A stretch of 64,000 nt of DNA from Candidatus Bathyarchaeota archaeon (GCA_963806535.1 CAWDYC010000004.1:160001-224000), one strand, 5' to 3'. Positions 10,582 to 21,776 are shown, counted from the first letter of the stretch. Notes: generated by a model from the letters alone, not told the origin. Translations and numbers: made by a program.

Positions 10582-11793
10582 ATGCAATATAGAACGGTTC
10601 CAAAAAATGGAGACAAATTATCTGTTTTAGGGTTTGGCACTATGCGTCTACCACAGAAGTCTCTAAAGATTGATGAAAATCGGGCAATAAGCCAGATACG
10701 CTATGCAATTGATAACGGCGTTAACTACGTAGATACTGCTTTTCCTTATCACGCTGGAGAAAGCGAAAAGTTAGTTGGAAAAGCGCTGCTGGACGGTTAC
10801 CGGGAAAAAGTGAAAGTTGCAACCAAATTATCGCACTTTATGATAAACAAACCTGAGGACATGGATAAATTTCTCAGTTTACAATTAGCTAAACTTCAAA
10901 CTGACCACATTGACTATTACTTGCTTCACTCGCTTGACGCAGAAGCATGGAATAAATTACAAAGCTTTAACGTTTTAAGTTTCCTTACGAAAGCAAAGGC
11001 AGAGGGAAAAATTGTCAATATGGGCTTCTCTTTTCACGGTTCACGCTCAACATTCAAAGAAATCATAGATTCAAACGACTGGACAATGTGCCAAATACAA
11101 TACAATTTTCTTGACGAAAACTTGCAGGCAGGAACTGAAGGTTTGCGTTATGCTGCTTCAAAGAGACTCGCAGTTATGGTGATGGAGCCACTTAGGGGTG
11201 GCGCATTAGCTGGTAAACTTCCCAAAGAAGTTAAACAAATTTATGATAACTCTCAAACTGGCAGGACGGCTGCAGAATGGGGTCTTCGCTGGGTGTGGAA
11301 TCATCCCGAAGTAACGGTTGTTCTTTCAGGGATGAACGATGAAAAACAAGTTCAGGAAAACATAGAAACAGCAGAAACAGCCCTTCCTTATTCGCTGAGT
11401 CAAAATGATCTTTCAGTCATAAGTAATGTGGCTGGTTGTTACAAACGCCTAATGAAAGTTCCTTGCACAGGCTGCGCTTACTGCATGCCATGTCCAAACG
11501 GAGTAAACATTCCCGCCAACTTCAACATGTACAACCAATACCACATGTTCGGAAACAAGATATACACAAGAGGATTTTACGCGGTAATGCTTATGGGAAT
11601 AATGCATGGCGAACCTGCTGATGCGTCACTTTGCAAGAACTGTGGCGTATGCGCTAAAAAATGTCCTCAACACATAGCAATTCCAGATGAGCTTAAAGCT
11701 GTAAAAGGTAGCTTAGGAGGGCTTCAAACAAAAATCATGCTTCCTATCATAAAACAGGCGGCGAAGCGGCAATTCAAGGCAAAACTTGAATAA
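10582..11793 (+). CDS. Aldo/keto reductase with C-terminal 4Fe-4S motifs
   Basis: LGFGTMRLP, YVDTA, MEPLRGG, CTGCAYCMPCP, CKNCGVCAKKCP. Confidence 0.9.
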   Translation: MQYRTVPKNGDKLSVLGFGTMRLPQKSLKIDENRAISQIRYAIDNGVNYVDTAFPYHAGESEKLVGKALLDGYREKVKVATKLSHFMINKPEDMDKFLSLQLAKLQTDHIDYYLLHSLDAEAWNKLQSFNVLSFLTKAKAEGKIVNMGFSFHGSRSTFKEIIDSNDWTMCQIQYNFLDENLQAGTEGLRYAASKRLAVMVMEPLRGGALAGKLPKEVKQIYDNSQTGRTAAEWGLRWVWNHPEVTVVLSGMNDEKQVQENIETAETALPYSLSQNDLSVISNVAGCYKRLMKVPCTGCAYCMPCPNGVNIPANFNMYNQYHMFGNKIYTRGFYAVMLMGIMHGEPADASLCKNCGVCAKKCPQHIAIPDELKAVKGSLGGLQTKIMLPIIKQAAKRQFKAKLE

Positions 11794-11810
11794 AAAAATC
11801 AGGGCATTCC

Positions 11811-12872
11811 TTAAGATTTACATTTTGGCTGTTGTTGCGAAATACAGTGAATTGCACCAAACCCGCAAATCAAATCAACAGAATCCACGCCGACAACTTT
11901 TCTTTTCGGGAAAAGCTTTTTCAGAATAGACAACGCTACTTGTCATTTTTTGATCTAAAGGTCGGCACCAAAACTGTTTTGTTGCCTATGTAAAAGTTTG
12001 TGTAGCTTGCGGGAAGGCGTTTTTTGTCGCATTCAACATTTCCAGGCATCGGCAACTTGACAATTTTTAATTTTTTACCGTCTTGGTCGGTGGATTGGCA
12101 TAGTATTTCATAATTTTTTCTTAGCGCTTCTGCATTTTCGTCGTCGCCTTCATCATAAGCGCAGACAACAGTCGTTGGATTAACGAATCGTGCAAGGTCG
12201 TCAACGTGACCGTCTGTGTCATCTCCTACAATGCCACATCTTAACCAGATAATGTGAGTTACACCCAAATAATCTCGCAAGAATTTCTCGATTTTTTCTT
12301 TTCCAAGCTGAGCATTCCTGTTTTTGTTAAGTAGGCACTGCTCGGTTGTAAGCAAGGTTCCTTTTCCATTAACATCAATGGAGCCGCCTTCCAAAACTAT
12401 GCCTGGTTCAAAACAGTCCAAATGCATTGCTTTGTTTATTACCTGAGGAATCTGTGCATCTTTTAGCAGATTCTCATATTTTTCTCCCCAAGAATTAAAA
12501 ATCCAGCGTACCATCGCCAATTTTTGCTCTCTGTTCATAACAAATATGGGACCATAATCTCGGAACCAAACATCAGCATAATCAAATTCGAAAAAACGTA
12601 TTTTATTTAAATCAATGTTTCTTTTCTTAAACAGAACCTGTTATTTTTTGCTTCATGTCTGCATCTTTGACGAAAAGGTTAACGTATTCATCTTTGTGGA
12701 TTAATTCTATAATTTGAAGAAAAGTTTCTTCGACTTTTTCGACGCCTGTTGTGAAAGTTGTGGGGTCATGTGGCCACGCTAACCAGATGGCTTCATGCTT
12801 ACTCCATTCAGGTGGCATGCAGTATCCTAGTTCACGGGGGGTTTTGCCTGAAAAACAATCAACATTCGTCAT
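11811..12872 (-). CDS. aguA: Agmatine deiminase, frameshifted
   Basis: [42 protein letters not shown]. Confidence 0.9.
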
Positions 12873-12880
12873 TGGATGCC

Positions 12881-13777
12881 TCAGGTACAACCTTCAATTA
12901 ACGAATTATAGGTGTCTGGTCGCCGATTCTTTAGAAAACCCCATCCTTCTTGGATTTGTTTGTTTTTGCTAAGATCTACCTTAACAACCAGTACTTCTTC
13001 CTTTGTGTAGCTTGCCTCTCCAAGCACTTTTCCAAATGAGTCACAAACAAATGAGCCGCCCCAAAACTCTCAGTTGCCCCTCCTGCACCCACTCGGTTCA
13101 CAGCAGCTACATGGACTCCGTTTGTTATGGCGTGGGCACGCTGCACTGTTTTCCAAGCATCATGCCAGTCGCCGTCAGATGAATTTTGACCTTTGATGTA
13201 GCCAATTGCAGTTGGGTAAAAAATAATTTCTGCGCCTTTAAGCGCGTTGATTCTGGCGGCTTCAGGAAACCATTGGTCATAACAGATTAGCACTCCTATG
13301 TTAGCGTATTTGGTTTTGTGAACTAGGTAGCCTTGGTCGCCTTCTTCGAAATAGTTTTTTTCATAGAAAAACGGGTCTTGAGGAATGTGCATTTTGCGGT
13401 AGCTGCCTGAGATTTTTCCGTTTGCATCAATTACGACGGCTGTGTTGTAGTATTTTCTGTTTGGAGCTTTTCTCAAATAATGGTGCAATTATTACTATTT
13501 TTTCCTCTTTTGCCAGTTCCGAGAAAGCTTTTGTGGATTCTCCAGGAATGGTCTCAGCTAACTTGCTAACATCCTGTTTTTCTTCTTGAGGAAAATACTT
13601 GGTTCTATACAGTTCTTGAAGACAAACAATTTGAGCACCTTTTGTCGCGGCTTCTTTGATTTTTTCTAATGTTTTTTTCATGTTGTCGGCTATGTCGTCT
13701 GAAACTTTCGTTTGGACAAGTCCAATGTTCACGATTTTTTTTTCGAAGTGGTTTGAATTGCTGTCGCTTGACGTCAT
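12881..13777 (-). CDS. aguB: N-carbamoylputrescine amidase (nitrilase family), frameshifted
   Basis: LQEL, YRKMHIP, ICYDQWFPE triad motifs; adjacent to aguA. Confidence 0.85.
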
Positions 13778-13861
13778 TATCTTTCCTTAATCGGAATTAT
13801 GTAAGATCTAGTCGTAAGAACTTTTCTGAGTCAAAATATGAAAAAGCTTTTGAAATACCAT

Positions 13862-14254
13862 TCAGGTGCTTGAATTGATGCCTAAATGACTGTTTAGGTT
13901 TGAATCAAAATTGTCAATTAACGTTTGGAGGCTGTCAGTGATTTCTTTGGCTTTATGCCTTGCCTGCTCCTTTATCCTTTCTGGATCAACAATGCTGTAA
14001 ACGTGGTAGTATCCCCCGCCTTTGAGTCCTTTAGATTGTTTGTGAATTAATCCTGCGCTAAGGAGTTTTGCAAGGCATCGATGTGTTGAGCTTCGATCTC
14101 TATCAACGGCAGCTGCGATTTGGTCAAGTGTTGCAATTTCTTTTTTTGCTACTTCAGCGAATACTTGAAGGTCTATTGGCTTTAGGTTGTATAGGCAAGT
14201 AAGCAGGTCTGAGCATGTGGCTTCTTTTCTTGTCAGGAAGTGAATGCTGTCCAT
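13862..14254 (-). CDS. HTH transcriptional regulator (TrmB-like)
   Basis: C..LLxCLYNL...RDRSSTHRCLAKL...GGYYHVY. Confidence 0.75.
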   Translation of the reverse strand: MDSIHFLTRKEATCSDLLTCLYNLKPIDLQVFAEVAKKEIATLDQIAAAVDRDRSSTHRCLAKLLSAGLIHKQSKGLKGGGYYHVYSIVDPERIKEQARHKAKEITDSLQTLIDNFDSNLNSHLGINSST

Positions 14255-14347
14255 GACCGTGATTAATACTGTTTCTAAAATATAAGTATTGTGAGGTATT
14301 GACAATACAGCAACATATTAATAACATTCCAATCATATAAATGAGCT

Positions 14348-14482
14348 ATGCAAACAAAAGAAAATTTTGCGCCAAACCTTGAATGCCCTTACGGCGTCCC
14401 TGAAGCAGAATGCTGCGGTAATATGTCATGCAAAACCTTAATCGCAAGAATTAAGGCAAAAGCAGAGACAAACAAACGGTAA
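14348..14482 (+). CDS. 44-aa Cys-rich microprotein
   Basis: MQTKENFAPNLECPYGVPEAECCGNMSCKTLIARIKAKAETNKR; divergent from the HTH gene. Confidence 0.5.
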   Translation: MQTKENFAPNLECPYGVPEAECCGNMSCKTLIARIKAKAETNKR

Positions 14483-14585
14483 TTTACCGCGAATTTATCT
14501 CTCTGAAAGGGGCAAAACTGATTGACCGCTAACGAAGAAAAAATAGACCTCTACCAAATCGCTGCTCTTAGCGGGTAACCTGCTT

Positions 14586-14975
14586 GTGGCTATCTGGATC
14601 GCTTTAGGCGCGATTTCGTGTTGGTTAGTTAATTCTCTGTTTGGATGGCTGTTTCTCGCGTTTTCATCTTTCTCAATTTTGATCATTTTGCGTAGACAGC
14701 TATGTAGCTCATGTTATTACTGTAAATCCTGCACGAAAGGTTTTGCCAAAATGTCAATGTTATTTCAAGGTGTTAATCATATTCCTGGAATAGGCAAGGG
14801 CTCACTGTTAGGAATGGCTACGTTTACCTATATTGTCCTGACAGTTGTCCCGGGAGCATTGCTTGCTAATTCATTGTTTACGGACTTCAGTGTCGTTAAG
14901 CTTTTAGTGCTATCTTGCCTTCTTGCTGTTTCAACCTATGCAATACTAATGAGAATAAAAAATCTGTCACATTAA
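14586..14975 (+). CDS. Four-TM membrane protein with CxxCxxCxxC motif (start may be further upstream)
   Basis: LCSSCYYCKSCTKG between TM pairs. Confidence 0.65.
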   Translation: MAIWIALGAISCWLVNSLFGWLFLAFSSFSILIILRRQLCSSCYYCKSCTKGFAKMSMLFQGVNHIPGIGKGSLLGMATFTYIVLTVVPGALLANSLFTDFSVVKLLVLSCLLAVSTYAILMRIKNLSH

Positions 14976-15002
14976 ATATCTCTAAAAAAACTTGAAGGCC
15001 AA

Positions 15003-15197
15003 ATGTACAAAGCCTTTATCGACCCAAATAAGTGCCTACGGTGTATTAAATTCAAAGCGGCAAGAGCTTGTCCAATTAGAGCCATTTTCCGCTTTGACTT
15101 TCAGGACCCTAATTCTGTGGAACCGAAAATTTGCCATGGGTGCGGGGATTGCGTAGAAAAATGCATTGGTAACTTTATAATGATTAAAACAAGTTAG
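15003..15197 (+). CDS. Small ferredoxin
   Basis: CxxCxxxxxxxxCP and CxxCxxCxxxC motifs. Confidence 0.75.
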   Translation: MYKAFIDPNKCLRCIKFKAARACPIRAIFRFDFQDPNSVEPKICHGCGDCVEKCIGNFIMIKTS

Positions 15198-15261
15198 CTT
15201 TAACGATTCGATTTTTTTGTGTAAAAAGTTTCATAAGCTGACGTTATTATAAAGTATCAGC

Positions 15262-15726
15262 GTGGTCTGGATGGCGTCCGAAAGCTTTGATGACTTGGAT
15301 AAGAATATACTCAAATCGTTACAATTTAATTGCAGGCAGTCTTTTGCAGAGCTGGGTCGTGAACTCGATGTGGCAGAAGCCACGGTTAGATTTAGAGTTA
15401 GCCGACTTGTGAATGATGGTGTCATTACGAGGTTTGCCGCTTTGGTAAATCCAGCTAAAGTGGGGATGAAAGTGAGCGGTGCAATCTTGCTTAAAATTGA
15501 TCCAGCTTATTTGGAGGAAGCTTGCAAGCAACTTGTCTCTTTTAATGAAACCCTGTATCTTTTTCAAAGTACAGGTGAATACGATGTTGTTTCGGTAATA
15601 GTCGCCAGAGATATGGATCACTTAAATAACTTGGTTAAAAATACCAAGATGATTCCTGGGGTAAAGGATGCGAGGGTTTCAGTGACGACGAGGTTTTTGA
15701 AGTTCGACCCAAACATCACGTTGTAG
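15262..15726 (+). CDS. Lrp/AsnC transcriptional regulator
   Basis: DDLDKNIL...ELGRELDVAEATVRFRV, TGEYD. Confidence 0.9.
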   Translation: MVWMASESFDDLDKNILKSLQFNCRQSFAELGRELDVAEATVRFRVSRLVNDGVITRFAALVNPAKVGMKVSGAILLKIDPAYLEEACKQLVSFNETLYLFQSTGEYDVVSVIVARDMDHLNNLVKNTKMIPGVKDARVSVTTRFLKFDPNITL

Positions 15727-15888
15727 TTGCCTACATTGGTTTTGAAATTATCTGTTCTTTTATGTTGCGGAATTAGCAACAATTATTCTTTTAACATTAG
15801 TTTTCCGCAAGATTAATACATAAAGAAACATCAATATGGAGAGTTAAACCGCTAAATCCTCAGAATTAAACAATCATTTAAACTTAAG

Positions 15889-16413
15889 GTGATATTGATG
15901 ACGGAGAAATCAAGTCAGAATAAAAATGATGAAAAGAGAACTTTTGAAGTAATTTTAGATCAAACCGACCGAAAAATAATGCAACAGACTCAAGATGATT
16001 TCCCGCTTGAACAAGAACCATGGCTCGAAATAAGCAACCGGCTCAAAATTTCAGAGGGCGAAGTGATGACGCGTATAAAACGGCTAATTGAAGTTGGTGC
16101 TATTGCAAAAATTGGTCCAATATTTGATTCTTCAAAAATCGGTTTAAAAGCTGCTACTTTAATAGCGATGAGAGTGCCGAGAAGCCAAGTTGAAGATATC
16201 GCTCTTGCTATAAACCAATACGATAATGTTTCCCACAATTATGAACGAGATGGTGAATTCAATATTTGGTTTACTCTTGCGGCTTCGAGCAGTGACGAAT
16301 TGGCGAAAATACTAAGTGAAATCAAACAAAAGACAGGCGTTAAGGAGCATGACATACTTGATTTGCCTACCGTTAATCGCTTCAAGATAAACTTGCGTTT
16401 TCAGCTAACATAA
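15889..16413 (+). CDS. ahbA: Siroheme decarboxylase alpha subunit
   Basis: QDDFPL, VSHNYER, NIWFTL; gene order. Confidence 0.87.
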   Translation: MILMTEKSSQNKNDEKRTFEVILDQTDRKIMQQTQDDFPLEQEPWLEISNRLKISEGEVMTRIKRLIEVGAIAKIGPIFDSSKIGLKAATLIAMRVPRSQVEDIALAINQYDNVSHNYERDGEFNIWFTLAASSSDELAKILSEIKQKTGVKEHDILDLPTVNRFKINLRFQLT

Positions 16414-16433
16414 TACTGTTTTGGTGACCTATC

Positions 16434-16967
16434 ATGGATGAAATTAACCGAAAACTCTTAGCTCGAATAGAAAAAGGAATTGCCATCACCCCAGAACCAT
16501 TCAAAGAAATTGCCCGTGAGCTAGGGATTTCACAGAGAGAAGTCCTCAAGCGATTGACTTTGCTTAAGGAGGACGGTGTCATTCGGAAGTTTGGCGCTTC
16601 AATAAAGCCTAACATTGTGGGTTTTTCGGCAAATGCTCTGGTAGCTTGGAAAGTGCCTGAAAAACGTATTCAAGAAGTTGGAACTCACTTGTCAAAGTTA
16701 TCAGATATTTCGCATTGTTATGAGCGCAAACCAGTACGGGGAAGGTGGGAATTCAATCTTTACACAGTTATGCATGCGCGAGAACGGATTGGTATTGAGC
16801 GAATAGTTAATCAGATTTCTGTTGAGATGGAGTTGAATGAGTACAAAATACTTTATAGCACAAGAGATCTTAAACGAACCAAGTTTTGGAATATCCGCGT
16901 AGATGGGATGCAATCAAAAACTTCACTTATGGCACCTGAAAACCGGCAGGAGATAGATCAAATCTGA
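16434..16967 (+). CDS. ahbB: Siroheme decarboxylase beta subunit
   Basis: ANALVAW, ISHCYER, NLYTVMH. Confidence 0.87.
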   Translation: MDEINRKLLARIEKGIAITPEPFKEIARELGISQREVLKRLTLLKEDGVIRKFGASIKPNIVGFSANALVAWKVPEKRIQEVGTHLSKLSDISHCYERKPVRGRWEFNLYTVMHARERIGIERIVNQISVEMELNEYKILYSTRDLKRTKFWNIRVDGMQSKTSLMAPENRQEIDQI

Positions 16968-18112
16968 TTAACATTTCCAAGCTTTGGTGCGGAATCCCAG
17001 GTTCAATGGATCAGTTACGGTATAGTTGCGAAACTCATCAAAGGCCGGTCGTAGTTTGGAACACGACACAACGTTGTAATCTCCATTGTGTGCACTGCTA
17101 TTCGAAATCTGAGAACCAGTTATACCCAAACGAGCTAACGACAGAAGAAGCCAAAGCTTTTGTAAAAGACTTATCAGAATTCAAAGTTCCCGTTCTTTTA
17201 TTTTCTGGTGGAGAACCACTGCTCAGACATGATCTCTTCGAAGTTGCACGTTACGCAACTGAAGCCGGCATACGCGCAGTTTTATCAACCAATGGCACAC
17301 TCATAACAGAAGCAAAAGCCAACCAACTGAAAACTGCCGGCTTCTCCTACGTAGGTGTAAGTTTAGATGGAATAGGCGAAACCAACAATAATTTCAGAGG
17401 CAAACCAGAAGCCTTCGAAATGGCAGTTGCAGGAATTAGAAACTGCATTAAAGCCGGAGTTAAGACAGGCTTGCGCTTCACTGTTACCAAATATAATATA
17501 AAAGATGTACCCGAAATCTTTGATTTCATAGAGAACCAAGGAATCCCTCGAGTCTGCTTCTACCACTTAGCGTATGCGGGGCGGGGAACGGCAATCACAA
17601 ACGACGACCTTACGCATGAAGAAACAAGAGCTTTTATGGACTTCATTTTAGAGAAGACGGAAAGTTTCCATAACAAAAATCTTAAAACTGAAATCTTAAC
17701 AGTGGACAATCATGCTGATGCCGCTTACCTCTATCTTAAACTGAAAGAAAAAGAACCAAAAAAAGCCGAAGCTGTCCTTAAGCTTCTTAAATTAAACGGG
17801 GGGAATAGCTCAGGTTCTGGTATTGCGTGCGTTGACTTTAAAGGCAACGTTCATCCAGACCAATTCTGGCAACATTATTCTCTTGGCAATGTACGGACTC
17901 GTAGATTCAGCCAAATATGGAGTGATAATTCCCAACCGATGCTTCAAGTTCTTAGGAACAGAAAAATCCATCTTCAAGGGAAATGTGCAGAATGCCGATT
18001 TCTCGACATTTGCAATGGCAATCTCAGGGTACGAGCCGAAGCACTTTATGACAATATGTGGGCAAATGACCCTGCCTGCTACTTAGCATATGAAGAAATT
18101 AAAATCAGTTAA
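16964..18112 (+). CDS. ahbC: Fe-coproporphyrin synthase, radical SAM/SPASM
   Basis: PVVVWNxTxRCNLxCxHCY, YHLAYAGRG, TVDNHAD, HPDQFW; in-frame extension INISKLWCG from CTG at 16964. Confidence 0.87.
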   Translation: MINISKLWCGIPGSMDQLRYSCETHQRPVVVWNTTQRCNLHCVHCYSKSENQLYPNELTTEEAKAFVKDLSEFKVPVLLFSGGEPLLRHDLFEVARYATEAGIRAVLSTNGTLITEAKANQLKTAGFSYVGVSLDGIGETNNNFRGKPEAFEMAVAGIRNCIKAGVKTGLRFTVTKYNIKDVPEIFDFIENQGIPRVCFYHLAYAGRGTAITNDDLTHEETRAFMDFILEKTESFHNKNLKTEILTVDNHADAAYLYLKLKEKEPKKAEAVLKLLKLNGGNSSGSGIACVDFKGNVHPDQFWQHYSLGNVRTRRFSQIWSDNSQPMLQVLRNRKIHLQGKCAECRFLDICNGNLRVRAEALYDNMWANDPACYLAYEEIKIS

Positions 18113-18123
18113 AAGGCATCCGT

Positions 18124-19188
18124 ATGATCAAGACTTACAAACCGTATCATTCGCAAATACAAGAAATTGCTCCAAGAGTGATAGCTTGGGAATCTACTCG
18201 TGCCTGCGATTTCGCTTGTGTTCATTGCCGAGCTAAAGCTCAAAAAGAGCCTGATCCAAGACAGCTCACAACCCAAGAAGTCTTCAATTTGGTCGATCAA
18301 ATTGCTGCATTTTGTAAGCCTGTTTTAATCATAAGTGGCGGTGACCCATTACAAAGATTAGACATCTTTGAAATCGCCTCTTACGCTTCAAGCCAAGGTC
18401 TAAGAGTGGTTATGTCTCCGAGCGGCAGCAAGCTGACAACGGAAACTTTTGAGAAACTGAAGGGCGCAGGAGTAAAGATGATTTCGCTTAGCCTCGATGG
18501 TTCCAACCCAGTGGTGCATGACAATTTTAGGCAGGTGTCTGGAGCTTTCAATTTAGCTATGAAAAACATGACGTTGGCTAATCAAAGTCTATTTCCTTTC
18601 CGAATCAATACAACTGTCACCAAACATAACATAGCTGATCTTTTTAACATTCAAAAATTGGCAATAGACATGGGCGCATGTGAATGGGACGTTTTCATGT
18701 TGGTCCCGACTGGCCGCGGCAAAGTAACTATGGAAATAACACCAGACCAATATGAGATGGCTCTCAAAGACATCTATAATGCAAGCCTAAAATCCCCGAT
18801 TCCGATTAAAATGACCTGCGCGCCCCAATACATGAGAATCATCGCTCAGCAACAAAACAAATCCTCTAGCACTGCTCACGTTAAGCAGAATTCGGGCGGT
18901 AGAGGATGCATGGCTGGCAACGGTTTCTGTTTTATCTCCCACATTGGCGAGGTCTTTGGCTGTGGCTTTCTTCCACTTCCAGCCGGCGATATTCGGAAAC
19001 AAAAATTCAAAGAAATCTATCAGCAATCTCACATGTTTGTCGAATTGCGAAATCACGCTTTGTTGAAAGGAAAATGTGGCAGATGTGAGTACAAAATGTT
19101 GTGTGTAGGTTGCCGTGCACGAGCGTTTTCAGTCAATAAAGACTATTTGGAAGAAGAACCATACTGCCAACATCAGCCTGAAAAATAA
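18124..19188 (+). CDS. ahbD: Heme b synthase, radical SAM/SPASM
   Basis: AWExTRACxxACxHCRA, LVPTGRG, TCAPQY, GCMAG. Confidence 0.87.
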   Translation: MIKTYKPYHSQIQEIAPRVIAWESTRACDFACVHCRAKAQKEPDPRQLTTQEVFNLVDQIAAFCKPVLIISGGDPLQRLDIFEIASYASSQGLRVVMSPSGSKLTTETFEKLKGAGVKMISLSLDGSNPVVHDNFRQVSGAFNLAMKNMTLANQSLFPFRINTTVTKHNIADLFNIQKLAIDMGACEWDVFMLVPTGRGKVTMEITPDQYEMALKDIYNASLKSPIPIKMTCAPQYMRIIAQQQNKSSSTAHVKQNSGGRGCMAGNGFCFISHIGEVFGCGFLPLPAGDIRKQKFKEIYQQSHMFVELRNHALLKGKCGRCEYKMLCVGCRARAFSVNKDYLEEEPYCQHQPEK

Positions 19189-19233
19189 GATTTGCAATTA
19201 AATTCTGCAAATGTGTTTAGCTCTTAATTCTTA

Positions 19234-19906
19234 TCAAGGACTAGGGGTTTCTGCAATTATTGCGTTGTCCACTTCGGAAGCGATAAGAGCTGCGCCATCG
19301 GTGTTTGGATGGACGCCATCCATGAAATAGTCCGTGTGATTACCAAAAGCATTGTAGACATCAACTGTCGGCAAATTAAGATTATTTGCTACATTGTCAA
19401 TCTGTGGAATTACATTGTCGGCAAGATATGTGCTGTTATAGTTTGGGTTGTCAGTGAACATTGGTGGTGAATCCACAGCAAAGATTTGTGGGTTGCTGTC
19501 TAAGATTTTCGAAAGATGAAACAAGTTGGCTATAATCTGCTTCAAAAGTTTCGTTAGATTCATTTACGTCTGTGCGGGCATCGTTGGTTCCCAGCATAAT
19601 GACAACATAGTTTGGGTCGAATTGCTCGGCTTTTTGGAATGCAGTCTGATTCATGTATGGACTTGTAGAATTAAGTGACACAGTGGTACCGGGGACTCCA
19701 AAATTTCCCACTAAATAGTTTGTTCCAAGGAGCAGTTGTAGTTTAGCTGGGTACCCGCTTCCCTGAGTGATGCTGTCGCCTACACATGCCACACGAATTG
19801 GAGCATCTAAGGGTGTCATTTGTCGTATATTCATTATTTGAAAAGTGGCCATGTATGATGCCATTATCATCATTATAGCTCCAATTGCCAGTATTTTCTT
19901 ATTCAT
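19234..19906 (-). CDS. Secreted SGNH/GDSL hydrolase, one indel
   Basis: GDSITQG, LGTND, DGVHPN. Confidence 0.85.
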
Positions 19907-20093
19907 GCGTTTTCAGTTCAACCGAAACAGTTCTCAGCATCAAATAAAACATTGAAATTTCGTTGTTTTATTTTTCCAATGTATCATCTGTGCGTAAGAT
20001 TAAAAATATAGGTTTAGCAAACAGGTAAATATGTTTGACGGTTCTAAAATCGGTCTTTTATGAATGCTTTCAATATTTTTGAAATTTCAAAAT

Positions 20094-20397
20094 TTATTTT
20101 GTTCCTGTTTTTTTGGTTTGTTTTAGAGCGTAGTCAAAAAACTTTTCAGTCCTATCTTCACAAGTCCATTCTGATCGTATTCTAGTTTTCTTTTCAGCCC
20201 TGCGCAACTCAGAAACGAACATGCGATTTAAGTCTCTTGCGTTTAGGCCTTTGAATTCAGCGGCAACTTCAAACCCGTCAGCCGTCGCTTTTATGGATGG
20301 CAGCATTGCCAATTATTCTTTCTAACACTGGTTTTATGGCTGATGGATTGTCGCTGCTTATCGTTGCTGATAGCTTAAATTTTTTCTCAGCGACCAC
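20094..20397 (-). CDS. Hypothetical protein, frameshifted
   Basis: ORF 20094..20312 plus upstream in-phase segment VAEKKFKLSATISSDNP. Confidence 0.55.
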
Positions 20398-20410
20398 GAG
20401 TCAAATCCTT

Positions 20411-20606
20411 TTAGCGGTTAGCGTGTTTTTCGGAGTGCAGTTGTCCACCTGTTGCCCAATTGCTCTTTGGCGCTTCATAAATGACTACTGTTACTGCGTC
20501 TTTTGGGACTCCTATCTTTTCAAACACACTTGTTATTCCTTCAACTATTTTCTTCTTATTTTCAGGAGCTCATGCCTTCCCAAACGGAAACCTGAACTAC
20601 TGGCAT
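20411..20606 (-). CDS. 4-oxalocrotonate tautomerase family protein, one indel
   Basis: Manual translation M-PVVQVSVWEGM/PENKKKIVEGITSVFEKIGVPKDAVTVVIYEAPKSNWATGG; N-terminal catalytic Pro; not in track. Confidence 0.85.
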
Positions 20607-20669
20607 ATTTTTTCCTCAATGAACCTTTTCTTATTCTTTTTATTAAATCTTTTTGACGATTTTTGCAGA

Positions 20670-21776
20670 TCGTTAGTAGACATTTTAGTGCCCTAAACAT
20701 CGTTAGACTTTTAGCGCCCTCAGAAGTAATTTGAATAGTGTCTTCAATTTTCACTCCGCCAACACCTTTAACAGGCAAAATTGAGTGTCCCAACAGCCAA
20801 AGTCCAATTTTCACTTATCTCCAACTGTAGATGGTTAGAATAGTGGCTTGGATGAGGCCACTCCTCAAACTCTAAACCGACGCCATGTACTGGTCCCGGA
20901 ATCCAAACGTCACCGTAACCCTTAGCGGTGAAGGCTGCTGTAAACGCTTTAGTTATATCGCCGACTTTCCAGCCTGGTTTAATGTTGGCAATGACGTTTT
21001 GCTGAGTATCCTAGTACGTTTGAATGAGCTCACTTTGCTTTTGTGTGGCTTGCCCACAGACAATGGTTCTTGCACAGTCTGAAGAGTACATATCAACAAC
21101 TGGGTGAACATCAATCACGACAAGGTCGCCGTTCTCAATTTTGCGCCTTGAAGTTCCACCATGCAACCAAATGGAATGCGGTCCACTGTCGACAAAAGTG
21201 CTTGATCCATAACGCATTGCACCGGCTCGTCTCATCACATATTCAGCTTCTGCAGCAACTTCAATCTCAGTTGCACCTGGCTTAACGGCGGCAATAGCTG
21301 TAGTTACACCTTTGCTTGCTACTTCAGCTGCGTTTTTCATGGCCTCAATTTCTTCCGAATCTTTAACATAACGTAGCGGCATCAAAATTTCCTCGTTTTC
21401 AATGATTTTCATCTTAGGATTTGCTCTGAGAAATTTGTAAACTAAAAAACCAGAATTCGAGTGAACGCAGAAACCGACTTTCTTTTCTGAGACATCATGC
21501 TGTTTGACTAGTTGAAAGAAGTTTTGCATGAGCTGTGCAGGCGTACGCCAGCCTCTGACATCCTTGATTTCCTGAAGCCTTCGACGCAGCTTCAACTTCT
21601 TCATCAAAAACAATGATTGTTGGTTCTCCTTCCTGCGGAAGAAATAGCCTAGCTACACTTCGGATGTCTCCTGTTAAGTAAAAGTAATTCTCTCGGCTAG
21701 TAACTTGAAGTGCCGCAACTTCATTCTTAACCATTAATTCTTGAGCTTTTTTTCGGCGGTTCTCAAAACGATTCAT
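20670..21776 (-). CDS. Xaa-Pro aminopeptidase (M24), frameshifted; 3' end approximate
   Basis: NYFYLTG, RxVKDxEEI, DxHP...YSSDCART, HGVGL, GVKIED. Confidence 0.85.

Noticed and set aside
15889-16967. Two more Lrp/AsnC regulators
   Set aside because: SHxYER motifs and position before ahbC/ahbD identify them as AhbA/AhbB enzymes
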